50,634 nt of DNA from a virus (IMGVR_UViG_3300044490_000254:1-50634), one strand, 5' to 3'; counted from the stretch's first letter, positions 1 to 9,184 are shown. Numbers and translations are program-made. Notes: generated from the letters alone by a model not told the origin.

Positions 1-2
1 CG

Positions 3-209
3 ATAGAGAAAGGCGTGGTGGTGGCGGACCATCTGGTTCAGCAAAAGGAAAAGGATCAGCGGATGGAAGCATTTCTGTCTCGGCTTGGCGATGGGAGCAT
101 TGAGCTGGGCCTGTCGTTCCGGGAGAATCTGTCCCGATACATGACGCAGAATCAGGTGCGACAGGGCGTGCAGGATGTGGTGTGGGGAAGTTTGGAGAGG
201 AGAGGGTGA
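3..209 (+). CDS. 5'-truncated ORF, probable C-terminus of an SbcD/Mre11-like nuclease
   Basis: Frame is open from the window edge. The tail (KEKDQRMEAFLSRL...LSFRENL) resembles phage SbcD C-termini and lies near an SbcC half gene. No catalytic motifs are in the window. Confidence 0.45.
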   Translation: MEKGVVVADHLVQQKEKDQRMEAFLSRLGDGSIELGLSFRENLSRYMTQNQVRQGVQDVVWGSLERRG

Positions 210-210
210 G

Positions 211-450
211 ATGGCGGACGTTGCGGCAGAATTACTGCGGATGAAGAAGCAGATCGAAGAGACGAAAGACAAGAAATCCCGATTGGAGGGAAAGCTGTCT
301 TCCCTGATGGACCGGCTGCAGAAGGAGTTCGGCTGCGAGACGGTGGAAGCAGCGGGGATGCTGCAGGAGAAACTGTCGAAGGAAGTGGCGGAAAAAGAAT
401 CGCAGCTGAATGCGAAAATTGCCGAGATGCGGGAGCAATATGGGATTTGA
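211..450 (+). CDS. Small coiled-coil protein
   Basis: ATG at 211 directly after the upstream stop; heptad-rich K/E/L sequence. Confidence 0.7.
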   Translation: MADVAAELLRMKKQIEETKDKKSRLEGKLSSLMDRLQKEFGCETVEAAGMLQEKLSKEVAEKESQLNAKIAEMREQYGI

Positions 451-715
451 TATAGGACCAGACAAGGTAAAAACATTGCAGCGACAGATTCAGAAATTGG
501 ATTTGGAAGTTAAACAGATTCAGCAGGAGTGTTCTCATCCAATAAAAAGAATTCGAGAGTTTCCTGATTCCTATGCCGGGTGGGGGAGTTCTACAGATTG
601 TGAAATGTGTTTTAAGAATCTCAATCGCGCAACAAGGAGGAGATTTGAAACGGACGTAGAGAAGAATTATGTAGTAGAATGCGCGACGGAAGAAGTTGTT
701 GAAGGAAGGGGCTGA
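440..715 (+). CDS. Hypothetical protein (CxH...CxxC)
   Basis: ATG at 440 overlaps the upstream stop, with GGGAG upstream. Confidence 0.6.
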   Translation: MGFDIGPDKVKTLQRQIQKLDLEVKQIQQECSHPIKRIREFPDSYAGWGSSTDCEMCFKNLNRATRRRFETDVEKNYVVECATEEVVEGRG

Positions 716-718
716 GAC

Positions 719-1336
719 ATGGGATCTGATGTCATCCGGGATTTCCGCTCGAAACTAGATCGGGAGAAGGGGCGACGAGATCAGGTCAAAGGGCAGCTTG
801 ACATGGTCTCTAAGCGCGTTCGCATTCTCCGTAGGGAGATCGACTATACGGAGCAGGCGCAGGTCATTATTCAGCAAGTTGCGCAGCAGACGCAGCAGGA
901 ATTGGAATATCATATCGGTGAGTTGGTGACGTTAGCCTTGGCGAGCGTGTTTCCCGATCCATACGAGTTGAAGGTGCATTTCGTGGTTCGCCGCGGGAAA
1001 ACTGAGGCGGATATTATGTTGTGTCGGAATGGGGAGGAAGTCGATCCGCTGACAGCCTCCGGTGGCGGCGTGGTAGATATCGTGTCGTTTGCTTTGCGCG
1101 TGGCGTTGTGGCGGTTGTCTCCGAAGCGGTCCCAGGCAATCTTCGTGCTGGATGAGCCGTTTCGGTATCTGAGCGAGGGGTTGATCCGTTTGGCTGGCCA
1201 GATGCTTCAGGAGCTGTCGTCGCGGTTCGGGTTGCAGATCATTATGGTCACGCATTCTCGGGAACTGATGGAGTGCGCGGACCGTGTGTTCGAGGTGAAG
1301 CAGCGGAAAGGGGTCAGTCAGGTGTCGGTGGTATGA
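719..1336 (+). CDS. SbcC/Rad50-like ABC ATPase, C-terminal half
   Basis: Coiled coil, then signature ASGGG, Walker B/D-loop IFVLDEPF and H-loop IIMVTH. No Walker A. Confidence 0.85.
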   Translation: MGSDVIRDFRSKLDREKGRRDQVKGQLDMVSKRVRILRREIDYTEQAQVIIQQVAQQTQQELEYHIGELVTLALASVFPDPYELKVHFVVRRGKTEADIMLCRNGEEVDPLTASGGGVVDIVSFALRVALWRLSPKRSQAIFVLDEPFRYLSEGLIRLAGQMLQELSSRFGLQIIMVTHSRELMECADRVFEVKQRKGVSQVSVV

Positions 1337-2127
1337 AGCAGCCCAAGAAATCGAATCTTCCAACCCGTGGCATCAAAGCCAAAGCCTCAAAAACCCGTAA
1401 GTTGTCGATGGCGGAGATGAATTGGGTGATGGATGCACTGGCGACGGGACTTAGTCCTCGTGAGGTTCGGGAACGGTTGTGGAAAGAGACGGGGACGGAT
1501 GTGACGCGCAATGCCATTGCGGCGTATCTAAAGACCCATGCGCATGAGATTGCGCTCCGCCGCAAGGCGTGGAACGAGAATGTGCTGGACAAGGTGCAGC
1601 TTCGGTTTTCCGGTGCCCGTGTCCTGGAATTGGCGAATGCGTACCGGCTGTTGTACCGTCAGTTCTTCCGCGAGGTGTGCAAGGAATGTATTGGGGAGGG
1701 GAAGACGCTGAAGCCAGGTTCTGTCACAACTCCGTTTCAGATGCTGACCATTGCGGATTATCAACGATGTGAAATCTGTCGCGGGCGCAGGTGGATCATT
1801 CCGAAGCGGTTGGAAATATACAGTCTCGGGGATGATGTGTTGATGGGTGCTGTCCGCATTGCTGCGCTATCGCAACCGCCGGGATTCGATCCGGTGATTT
1901 GGGACAAGATGGCGGCGATCTTGCGACAGATTCGCGAGGAGGTCGGAGACGCGAAGCCAGAGAAATCGAGCAGTAGCGAGGAACTGGAGGCCATTGCGCG
2001 GGCAGCGGCGTACCAATCGTTCAAGGAGCGCGTGGACAACATGACGACGGAGGAATTCATCGCGGCGATGCAGGCCAGGGGACAACGGACATTAGTCAAT
2101 GAAAAGAGACAAAATGATCTGTCATGA
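1333..2127 (+). CDS. Probable terminase small subunit / DNA-binding protein with Zn finger
   Basis: ATGA overlap with the upstream gene; N-terminal HTH-like segment; CKECIGEG...CEICRGR; lies just upstream of TerL. Confidence 0.5.
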   Translation: MKQPKKSNLPTRGIKAKASKTRKLSMAEMNWVMDALATGLSPREVRERLWKETGTDVTRNAIAAYLKTHAHEIALRRKAWNENVLDKVQLRFSGARVLELANAYRLLYRQFFREVCKECIGEGKTLKPGSVTTPFQMLTIADYQRCEICRGRRWIIPKRLEIYSLGDDVLMGAVRIAALSQPPGFDPVIWDKMAAILRQIREEVGDAKPEKSSSSEELEAIARAAAYQSFKERVDNMTTEEFIAAMQARGQRTLVNEKRQNDLS

Positions 2128-2299
2128 GTGTGGTCTGGATCGCCGACGCATTTTATCACCATTACACTTAATGGAGCATGGATGGACTAGAGAGGACGCG
2201 GAGGAGTATTACGATAGGAAGATTGATAAACTCTTCTTTTTTAGAACAAAGAAACAATTGAAAGACGCAAGAAACCTAATAGAGAATTACGGGAAATGA
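2114..2299 (+). CDS. Small CxxC/H zinc-finger-like protein
   Basis: MICHECG...HLMEH; overlaps both neighbours. Confidence 0.5.
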   Translation: MICHECGLDRRRILSPLHLMEHGWTREDAEEYYDRKIDKLFFFRTKKQLKDARNLIENYGK

Positions 2300-4074
2300 A
2301 CGTCGATTCCATAATTGAGCTAGAAGCTCTGGCTGCTAGAGCGCCGAAGACGAAAGAGGAGCTGTGGCATTATTGCAAACATGTCATGAAGCTGAGGTGT
2401 GAACGGTGCGGTGGATCTGGGCTGCATACGGATGCATTAGGCACCCATACTTGTCTCTGGTGTGAAGGTGAAGGGAAACAGGGGCTGCATTTCAGTTGCA
2501 AAGCAATTTGTGCTGGGCATGTTTCCCCGATGTCGATCTTCTGGGAATTGTGGTCGGGTGAACTGAAGGATGGGTTGATCATTGGGAATCGCGGCGGCGG
2601 GAAAACGATGATGTTGGCGCTTCTGGAATACTTGAAGATGCGGCACCATCGGTACACCATTGCTCATATGGGGGCGGTAGAGAATCAGGCGAACCGCGCA
2701 CGGGATCATTTCCATCGTTTCCTGTCTGAGCCGCCGTGGTCTGATCCTCTGCGCGGGGAGGACCCTGGGATGGAGAAGGTGAAATTCGATAATGGTGCGA
2801 AGATTGAATGGCTGGCCGGGTCCATAAAACAGGCATCAGGCCCCCATCCAGAGATGTCTGTGCTGGATGAGGTGGACGAGGTGGACATGGCTGTTCGCCA
2901 GCGGTTCCTCAAGACGCCGTTCGGTCCGCGTGCGCAGTTCATCGAGGCTTCGACGCACTATATGCAGCTTGGGACGATCAGCCAGATCCTGAAGGAGTTT
3001 CCGTATTTGCCGGTACGTCGGTTTTGCATCTGGGAGACATTGAGATCGTGCACTTACGACTGCGATCGGATGCCGCTCCCGGATGGCGGCATTGGTCGTT
3101 GTCCATTGTATGAGAGTGAAGAGGTTCAAATGGACGGGACCGTTCGAACGGTCCCGCTGTGCGGAGGGAGGATTGCAAGGGAGTGTGACGGACATATCCC
3201 GGTCCCGTCGTTTGCGTCTTTGTGGCTGAAATCGGATCCCTATACGCGGCGGGTGGAATTCCTCTGCCAGAAGCCAGATATGCCGATCGGTGGTCGCGCC
3301 TATTGGGCATATTCTGACGAGGTGGGAACCGGAAATGTGCTGCCGTTCATTCCGGAAGTCCGACCGGACATCCCGCTGGAGTGGACGATGGATTTCAATC
3401 CGGGGATTGGGATGAAGATGTGCAGCATGATCCTTCAGCAGGCGCCACCGGAATTCGGGCCAGAGTGTTGGATTATCGATGCCATTGTGCTGGGGACGTC
3501 TGCGACAGAGGAAACGGTGAGGGAATTTTTGCGGCGGTACGGAGTCGGTGGTTCTCGATTGACGGAGTCTGCGCGGGGCAAAGGACATATGGGCGGGCTG
3601 TGGATTTTCGGCGATGCGTCTGGGGATTCCCGCACCTCGATTACCGGGGAAACGAACTATCAATGCATCCGGCGGATGCTAGGCAACACTCCAGGGTTCC
3701 GCATGATGGTGCCGAATGTGAACCCTCCGCTGGTGGATCGGTTGAACACGACGAACCGGATGCTGCATGATTTACAGGGAGGGAGTGGCAGGCGGTGGAT
3801 CAAGGTGTCGCCGAGGGTGGCTGAGGTGCGACGCGAATTGGACATCATGCCGTTGGGTGCAGATCGGAAGAAGGATAAATCGGACCGGATTCAGAAACAG
3901 CTTGGGCTATCCCATCTTGGGGATGCCTTGGAGTATTGGGTGTCAGCACGGTTTCCTAATGGTCCGCAGATTGGGGGCCAGTCATTGGGGGTGGCCGTCG
4001 GGCAGCGCCGCGAATCCGGATCTGAGGTTGTCATTGGCGGCCGCCGCCGCAGCGCAGACAATCCGTGGAGCTAG
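2296..4074 (+). CDS. terL: Terminase large subunit
   Basis: Walker A GNRGGGKT, Walker B SVLDEVD, RNase H-like nuclease motifs MDFNP, IFGDASG and SHLGDALEY; upstream of the portal. Confidence 0.9.
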   Translation: MNVDSIIELEALAARAPKTKEELWHYCKHVMKLRCERCGGSGLHTDALGTHTCLWCEGEGKQGLHFSCKAICAGHVSPMSIFWELWSGELKDGLIIGNRGGGKTMMLALLEYLKMRHHRYTIAHMGAVENQANRARDHFHRFLSEPPWSDPLRGEDPGMEKVKFDNGAKIEWLAGSIKQASGPHPEMSVLDEVDEVDMAVRQRFLKTPFGPRAQFIEASTHYMQLGTISQILKEFPYLPVRRFCIWETLRSCTYDCDRMPLPDGGIGRCPLYESEEVQMDGTVRTVPLCGGRIARECDGHIPVPSFASLWLKSDPYTRRVEFLCQKPDMPIGGRAYWAYSDEVGTGNVLPFIPEVRPDIPLEWTMDFNPGIGMKMCSMILQQAPPEFGPECWIIDAIVLGTSATEETVREFLRRYGVGGSRLTESARGKGHMGGLWIFGDASGDSRTSITGETNYQCIRRMLGNTPGFRMMVPNVNPPLVDRLNTTNRMLHDLQGGSGRRWIKVSPRVAEVRRELDIMPLGADRKKDKSDRIQKQLGLSHLGDALEYWVSARFPNGPQIGGQSLGVAVGQRRESGSEVVIGGRRRSADNPWS

Positions 4075-4090
4075 GCGTGAGGAGGACATC

Positions 4091-4231
4091 ATGAAGTCAC
4101 GGAAAATCGCTATAATGATTGAGGCTGAGTCTGAAAATTCACTAAATGATCTGCGCAAAGTAGGCTATGTCATATTTTGCCATCCAAGCGGACAATCCGA
4201 GAAGAGCAAGTCGAGGCGCGAATGGAAATGA
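4091..4231 (+). CDS. Small hypothetical protein
   Basis: Strong RBS GAGGAGG before ATG 4091; stop overlaps the gmd ATG. Confidence 0.5.
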   Translation: MKSRKIAIMIEAESENSLNDLRKVGYVIFCHPSGQSEKSKSRREWK

Positions 4232-5208
4232 AGCGCGCGCTGATCACAGGCATCACAGGGCAGGACGGGAGCTACCTCGCCCAATTGCTGATGGAGAAAG
4301 GATATGTGGTCCACGGAATGGTCCGGCAGGCAGCCACAATCGGGTATCCAAGACATCTGATGTGGCGTCTGCGACCTGTTCTGGATCAAATTCAGTTTCA
4401 TTCGGGATCGCTGGAAAGTTTGTCCAGCATGGAGCGTATTGTGCGGCAGGTTCGTCCCGATGAATGCTATCATTTGGCCGCGCAAAGTTTTGTAGGGCCG
4501 TGGATTGAGGATGAGTATTCCATCATGTCGGTTAATACCAAAGGCACTCATCATGTATTATCTGCGATCCGGGAATGGGCACCTGCCTGCAGAGTGTATT
4601 TTGCGGCATCGAGCGAGATGTTCGGCAACGGACGTGAATTGCGCCAGAATGAAGAGTCACCGATGAATCCTATATCGGTGTATGGGATTTCGAAGTTCGC
4701 AGGGTTCCGTTTGGCGCGATATTATCGGGATATCCATGGGATCTACGTTTCGTCCGGCATTTTGTTCAATCACGAAAGCCCTCGCCGCGGAGCGGCGTTC
4801 GTGACGCGCAAGATTACCGACGGGGTCGCGGGGATCAAGGCCGGGATGCGGCGGGATTTGGCGCTGGGGAATCTGGACGTCTGGCGGGATTGGGGCTATG
4901 CTGGCGATTACGTCGAAGCGATGTGGAGGATGCTGCAGCAGGACGTGCCGGACGATTATGTCATCGCCACGGGGATTGCGCATTCCGTGTGGGAATTCGC
5001 CAAAGCGGCGTTCGCGCGGATCGGGCTGGACTGGAAGCAACATGTTCGGCAAGATTCTGCGCTGCTGCGACCATCGGACGTTCGTTGTTCGCGGGGGGAT
5101 TTTAGCAAAGCGCGGAAGAGATTAGGATGGACGCCGACGATATCGTTCGAGGAATTGGTAGGGATGATGGTGGATGCGGATTGCGTTCGGTACGGAGTAA
5201 AGATGTAA
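4228..5208 (+). CDS. gmd: GDP-mannose 4,6-dehydratase
   Basis: MKRALITGITGQDGSYLA, HLAAQSFV, SSEMFG, YGISK, GILFNHESPRRG, FVTRKI, LGNLD..RDWG. Confidence 0.95.
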   Translation: MKRALITGITGQDGSYLAQLLMEKGYVVHGMVRQAATIGYPRHLMWRLRPVLDQIQFHSGSLESLSSMERIVRQVRPDECYHLAAQSFVGPWIEDEYSIMSVNTKGTHHVLSAIREWAPACRVYFAASSEMFGNGRELRQNEESPMNPISVYGISKFAGFRLARYYRDIHGIYVSSGILFNHESPRRGAAFVTRKITDGVAGIKAGMRRDLALGNLDVWRDWGYAGDYVEAMWRMLQQDVPDDYVIATGIAHSVWEFAKAAFARIGLDWKQHVRQDSALLRPSDVRCSRGDFSKARKRLGWTPTISFEELVGMMVDADCVRYGVKM

Positions 5209-5249
5209 TGTTGGACAAGCGGAACAGGCGTGGCCAAAGGAGAGACGGG

Positions 5250-5507
5250 ATGACAGCGTTAGAACAGTTGGAGAAATGGGTAGCAGGTGAGAACGTACAC
5301 GACAAGGAGCGCGACGAATGTTGCCCGGATTTCGCTTGCTGTCAGCCGAATAACCACTTCTCTTAGGAACTGCGGGTGAAGTTTTTGGAAACATATCGGA
5401 CTGGCGGTGCGGACGCATGTTTGCCGATGTTGATGATGGGGCTGAGTGGAGCGCTTGCAGGATACAATGTGAAGGTATATGTGGCCAGGATGCATCATGA
5501 GCCATAA
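5250..5507 (+). pseudogene. Small Cys-rich phage protein interrupted by an in-frame TAG (5364-5366)
   Basis: RBS AAGGAG and ATG 5250. The frame stays open 46 codons past the TAG to a TAA overlapping the next gene start. Confidence 0.5.
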
Positions 5508-5727
5508 CATCGCATTGGGCAGTGACGATCCACGAGTAGCCTTCCTGCGCGAAGGGACGACCGACGTACTGATCGCTATGCTGTCTGAGATTATAACGCC
5601 AGCCTCGCTTGGATGCAGTCGGAACTTTTTCATGCTCGCAATGGACAAGCGCTTCCGCACGACTCAGCCGGTGGAACTGTATGACCTAATCACCGCTGTG
5701 CTCAGAGAGCGAGTGCCCAAACAATAG
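5497..5727 (+). CDS. Hypothetical protein
   Basis: ORF in a gene-dense run. Confidence 0.55.
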   Translation: MSHNIALGSDDPRVAFLREGTTDVLIAMLSEIITPASLGCSRNFFMLAMDKRFRTTQPVELYDLITAVLRERVPKQ

Positions 5728-5742
5728 CTATTACCAAAAACT

Positions 5743-6039
5743 ATGATGGTGAATGGCGAACAAGTGAAGGCCGCAGTCATGGCGACAAGGATAACCTGCA
5801 TCCCACACCACGAATGCGGAATCTGCGGCTGTTGGGTTGTCTACAGGGTGCGTGACGGCGATCTCTACTTCGATCCAGCGTGCGGGTGTTCGTGGAGTCC
5901 CGCAGAACCGAGAACATGGGATAGTGTAGCGGTCTGGATCAATATGCAAACCGACGAGCAGGCGTGAGCTTCTATCATGGCGGAATTTGGGATGACGCCG
6001 ATTCCGCCAGTTATGGAGTGCAGGTCTGATGTTGGATAA
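5743..6039 (+). pseudogene. Cys/His-rich small protein with an in-frame TGA (5965-5967), or intact at 5743-5967
   Basis: HHECGICG...PACGC. The frame continues (ASIMAEFG...) to TAA 6037-6039, overlapping the next start. Confidence 0.45.
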
Positions 6040-6463
6040 TCTGATTGGTGGGTATTTGCTGGAAGGGTATTCAGGGGGTCATATAGACATTTCATATGAT
6101 CCAGAATACTGTTGTTTGTGCGTTACTTTGCGGCGTGGTGATAGGCCAGAGAAATGTTGTCTTGTTTCTCTCGAATTATTGATGCGTACACGATATCCAA
6201 AGGTGATTTTAGAAGAGATTATTAGAGAAGAATTATTGGCGGATTGTAGTGGTTCTACTTTTGGTCTTACGTGTACCTTTGATCCTTCTATTGGGTTTGT
6301 GGTATGCGACGGGTGCGGGAATCACGTGCATGCAGTGATTGAGGATAGAGTGCAGGTCTATCCGGTGTATACCAGTAAGAAGCGACCAGAGTATCAACTG
6401 TGCCAGTCGTGTTATGAACGGGCGGAGCAAGCGGGTCGTGCGAGGCTGGAAAAGGAGGAGTGA
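6029..6463 (+). CDS. Hypothetical protein with C-terminal CxxC...CxxC
   Basis: GGAG RBS; CDGC and CQSC motifs. Confidence 0.6.
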   Translation: MLDNLIGGYLLEGYSGGHIDISYDPEYCCLCVTLRRGDRPEKCCLVSLELLMRTRYPKVILEEIIREELLADCSGSTFGLTCTFDPSIGFVVCDGCGNHVHAVIEDRVQVYPVYTSKKRPEYQLCQSCYERAEQAGRARLEKEE

Positions 6464-6494
6464 GCTACAAATATGACATCACAAAAAGACACCG

Positions 6495-6788
6495 ATGTTG
6501 GGGGAGGGGGGAGAGTTGGTGGCGCTTGATCTGTGGGTCATCACGCATCTCCAGGAATGGCTGAGCTCCGCCCGGCACGGCGAGGTGACGCTGAAGTTCG
6601 GCGCCAACGGCGTGGAGTATCTCCGCGAGAAGCGGCAGACGCTGGTCAGTTCCTGCGGGACAGGGCCTGCGGGACTGCGCGGGGGCATCGAGTACGGAAG
6701 AGTCACGACGCTGATCCGGAACGGTGTGCAGTACATGGTCGAGGAAGAGCGGACGATTAAGCGGCCGGGGCCTCGGGGGAAAAAGTGA
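6495..6788 (+). CDS. DUF2292 (YezD)-like small protein, possibly two repeats
   Basis: HGEVTLKF and YGRVTTLIRNGVQYMVEEERTIK resemble the DUF2292 pattern. Confidence 0.45.
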   Translation: MLGEGGELVALDLWVITHLQEWLSSARHGEVTLKFGANGVEYLREKRQTLVSSCGTGPAGLRGGIEYGRVTTLIRNGVQYMVEEERTIKRPGPRGKK

Positions 6789-6817
6789 AAATAATCCGCG
6801 GAGGCGCCGTTTTTCGC

Positions 6818-6846
6818 TTTACTTTTCGCGCCGGCCCGTGTAGAAT
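6818..6846 (+). promoter_or_regulatory. sigma70-type promoter for the head operon
   Basis: TTTACT (6818-6823), 17-bp spacer, TAGAAT (6841-6846) in the intergenic gap before the portal. Confidence 0.7.
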
Positions 6847-6885
6847 GCAGAAATAGGCCCAAAGTACAGGGACATCGGAAGCACC

Positions 6886-6930
6886 GAGCCCAGCTGCATC
6901 GGAAGAGATGTGCGGTTGGGCTTTCGTATA
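6886..6930 (+). terminator. Leader hairpin (possible attenuator)
   Basis: GAGCCCAGCTGCATC-GGAAGA-GATGTGCGGTTGGGCTT stem with G-U pairs, followed by TCGTATAT. Confidence 0.4.
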
Positions 6931-6996
6931 TCTGCTCGACTGGAGGGGTCATGCGCACGGCCTTTGTTGCGTCGCTCTGGGGTTGGGGGGGATACG

Positions 6997-8418
6997 GTGG
7001 ATATCAATAAAGTCCCGATGATGTTTCGATGGCTCCGCGCATTCGGATCAAAGACGGTATCTGTCAATCTTGCTTCTTCTGCTTCTCTTACCACGAAAGA
7101 CCTCCTCAATGAAGTCAGCGCCAACCGGCGTCCATTGTTCCAGCGCATGCCTGCTCCCCAGGCGAATCCGGATGACCTCGTCGGGAAGAAGGGGCTGCGG
7201 ATCTATGGAGAAATGCGCCGGGATGATGCGGTGAAGGCTGCGCTCTCGCTGAAGTGGCACGCTGTGCTGTCGACCGGATGGGACGTGGAGCCGGCGTCGA
7301 CGAGTCCTCAGGATGTGCAGATAGCGGACTTCGTGAAGGCAAATTTTGAATTGATGAAGGGCACCTTGGACGAGAACCTGTTCCAGATCATGAGCGCGAT
7401 GGTGTGGGGCTATTCCGTGTCGGAGCTGGTGCTCCAGAAATTGGACAAGGGCGATTTCGCAGGGAAGATCGGGCTGAAGGCCATCAAGACCAGGCTCCCG
7501 CACGATTTCCGGTTTGTGGTGGATGCGCACGACAATTTGGTGGAGGACGGGATCGAGCAGTTCGGGAAGCGGCTGCCTGCCTACAAGTTCGTGGTGTACA
7601 GCTTCAACGGCGACGGCGGGAACCTATACGGCACGTCGGACCTGCGGGCGTGCTATGAGCCGTGGTGGATCAAGTCGAACACCCGCAAGTGGTGGGCGCT
7701 GTTTCTGGACCGGTACAGCGTCCCGTTGGCGGAAGGCACGTATCCGAGGAACGGCGGGATACCGGATTCTGCGATCGGGGATCTCCGGACTATTCTGGAC
7801 CGGTTGCAGGCCGCTACATCCATTGTGCACCCGGACGACATCATGCTGAAGTTCCCGACGACGGGGATCAGCGCGCAAGGGGCATCTATTTTCGAGCGTG
7901 CGATCCAGAATGCGGACATGGCGATTGCGCGAGCGCTGCTGGTGCCGAGCCTGCTGGGGGTCAGTGCGCAGGGCGATACCGGGAGCTTCGGCCAGGCGAA
8001 GAAGCATTTCGATGTGTTCATCCTGATCATCGAGAAGCTGCAGCGGGAGCTGTCCGAGGCCGTGATGGGGGAGCAGATCATCCGGCGCATTGTCGACCTG
8101 AATTACACGGTGGAAGAATATCCCAAGTTTGTCTTCCTGCCGTTCACCGAATCGGACAAGTCGGCGCTGCTGCCGCTGTGGTATGAAGCCGTGTCGAGCG
8201 GATCGGTGAAATCCCGTCCGGAGGATGAGCTGCATATTCGACAGATAACGGAGTTCCCGGAAATCGATCTGGAAGATATTCAAGCTGAGTCGCCGTCGTT
8301 TGGACCGGAGGCCAATGAGCCGGGGACGGCGGAGGCGAAGAAGCCGGGAATGACGGATGCGGATTTGGTGGCTTTGATCGAGCAGACGATGGCAGAAGGA
8401 GTTTCTGCAAATGCTTGA
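6997..8418 (+). CDS. Portal protein (DUF935 / Mu gp29-like)
   Basis: IYGEMRRDDAVKAAL, WGYSVSELV, NLYGTSDLRACY, WALFLDRYSVP and GSFGQAKKH. Start is GTG 6997 or ATG 7018. Confidence 0.9.
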   Translation: MDINKVPMMFRWLRAFGSKTVSVNLASSASLTTKDLLNEVSANRRPLFQRMPAPQANPDDLVGKKGLRIYGEMRRDDAVKAALSLKWHAVLSTGWDVEPASTSPQDVQIADFVKANFELMKGTLDENLFQIMSAMVWGYSVSELVLQKLDKGDFAGKIGLKAIKTRLPHDFRFVVDAHDNLVEDGIEQFGKRLPAYKFVVYSFNGDGGNLYGTSDLRACYEPWWIKSNTRKWWALFLDRYSVPLAEGTYPRNGGIPDSAIGDLRTILDRLQAATSIVHPDDIMLKFPTTGISAQGASIFERAIQNADMAIARALLVPSLLGVSAQGDTGSFGQAKKHFDVFILIIEKLQRELSEAVMGEQIIRRIVDLNYTVEEYPKFVFLPFTESDKSALLPLWYEAVSSGSVKSRPEDELHIRQITEFPEIDLEDIQAESPSFGPEANEPGTAEAKKPGMTDADLVALIEQTMAEGVSANA

Positions 8419-9184
8419 GATGGAATGGGTAGTGTGCAAAACTCCATCGGGCGATGCAGTGTTATGTTTGAAACAAGGGGAGAAACTGCGCATCTATGGT
8501 GGATTCGATCCAAACCAGCCACGGAATGAAGTTGGAGAATGGTCTGGTGAAGGTGGGGCTGGTCCGGCGACTGGCGGGGCTGGTGGTGGTTCAGATCGTG
8601 AAATTGCAAGAACTAGGATGATGCACAAGAGCAGTGAGATTTATAATCACATGTTCGTTAAGCAGGCATCTGTAATCAAGTCAGTGGAAGAAGCGATAGT
8701 AACATACACTTCCGGCGCTTCAAATAAAGCAGTGAGTTATAAGACTATAAATGCCCATCTGCGGAATGGGGGCTCATTTGACGATATGTTTCCATCATTG
8801 CCATCTGTCGGCAGGCAGATGAAGGCGCTGCAGGAAGCCACAAAGCAAGCCATCCATCCTCCGGTGATTGTGTATCGCGCAGTCGACGCGAAGATTGCGC
8901 AGAAGTTTGGAGTGGACAAGGACATTGTCATGAAGGGGTTTGTGTCGACATCGATGTCTCCTGAGATCGCGTCGCATTTTACCGAAATGAAGGGCCGAAC
9001 ATTGCTGGAGATCAAAGCCAAATCCGGTCTAGCGGTGTCAAAATTGAAGGAAACGGATTGGTTTGGTGAGCTCGAGGTGCTCCAGGCGCACGGGACGAAG
9101 TACCGATATGTGGGGAAAAAGAAGGCGAAGATTGGCGAAAGAGGAGATCAATCTTTGCCTGTCATTATGCTGGAGGAGGTATAG
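8411..9184 (+). CDS. ADP-ribosyltransferase (VIP2/C3-like, R-S-E class) with N-terminal FDPNQPR motif
   Basis: YT..YKTINAHLR, VIVYRAV, GFVSTS and GELEVL...GTKY. Confidence 0.85.
   Translation: MLEMEWVVCKTPSGDAVLCLKQGEKLRIYGGFDPNQPRNEVGEWSGEGGAGPATGGAGGGSDREIARTRMMHKSSEIYNHMFVKQASVIKSVEEAIVTYTSGASNKAVSYKTINAHLRNGGSFDDMFPSLPSVGRQMKALQEATKQAIHPPVIVYRAVDAKIAQKFGVDKDIVMKGFVSTSMSPEIASHFTEMKGRTLLEIKAKSGLAVSKLKETDWFGELEVLQAHGTKYRYVGKKKAKIGERGDQSLPVIMLEEV
8504..8545 (+). repeat. FDPNQPR-x3-G-x-W peptide motif, copy 1
   Basis: Encodes FDPNQPRNEVGEWS. Confidence 0.9.

Noticed and set aside
6910-6996. Portal start at 6910
   Set aside because: It lies inside the leader hairpin without an RBS; 6997 or 7018 is more plausible.
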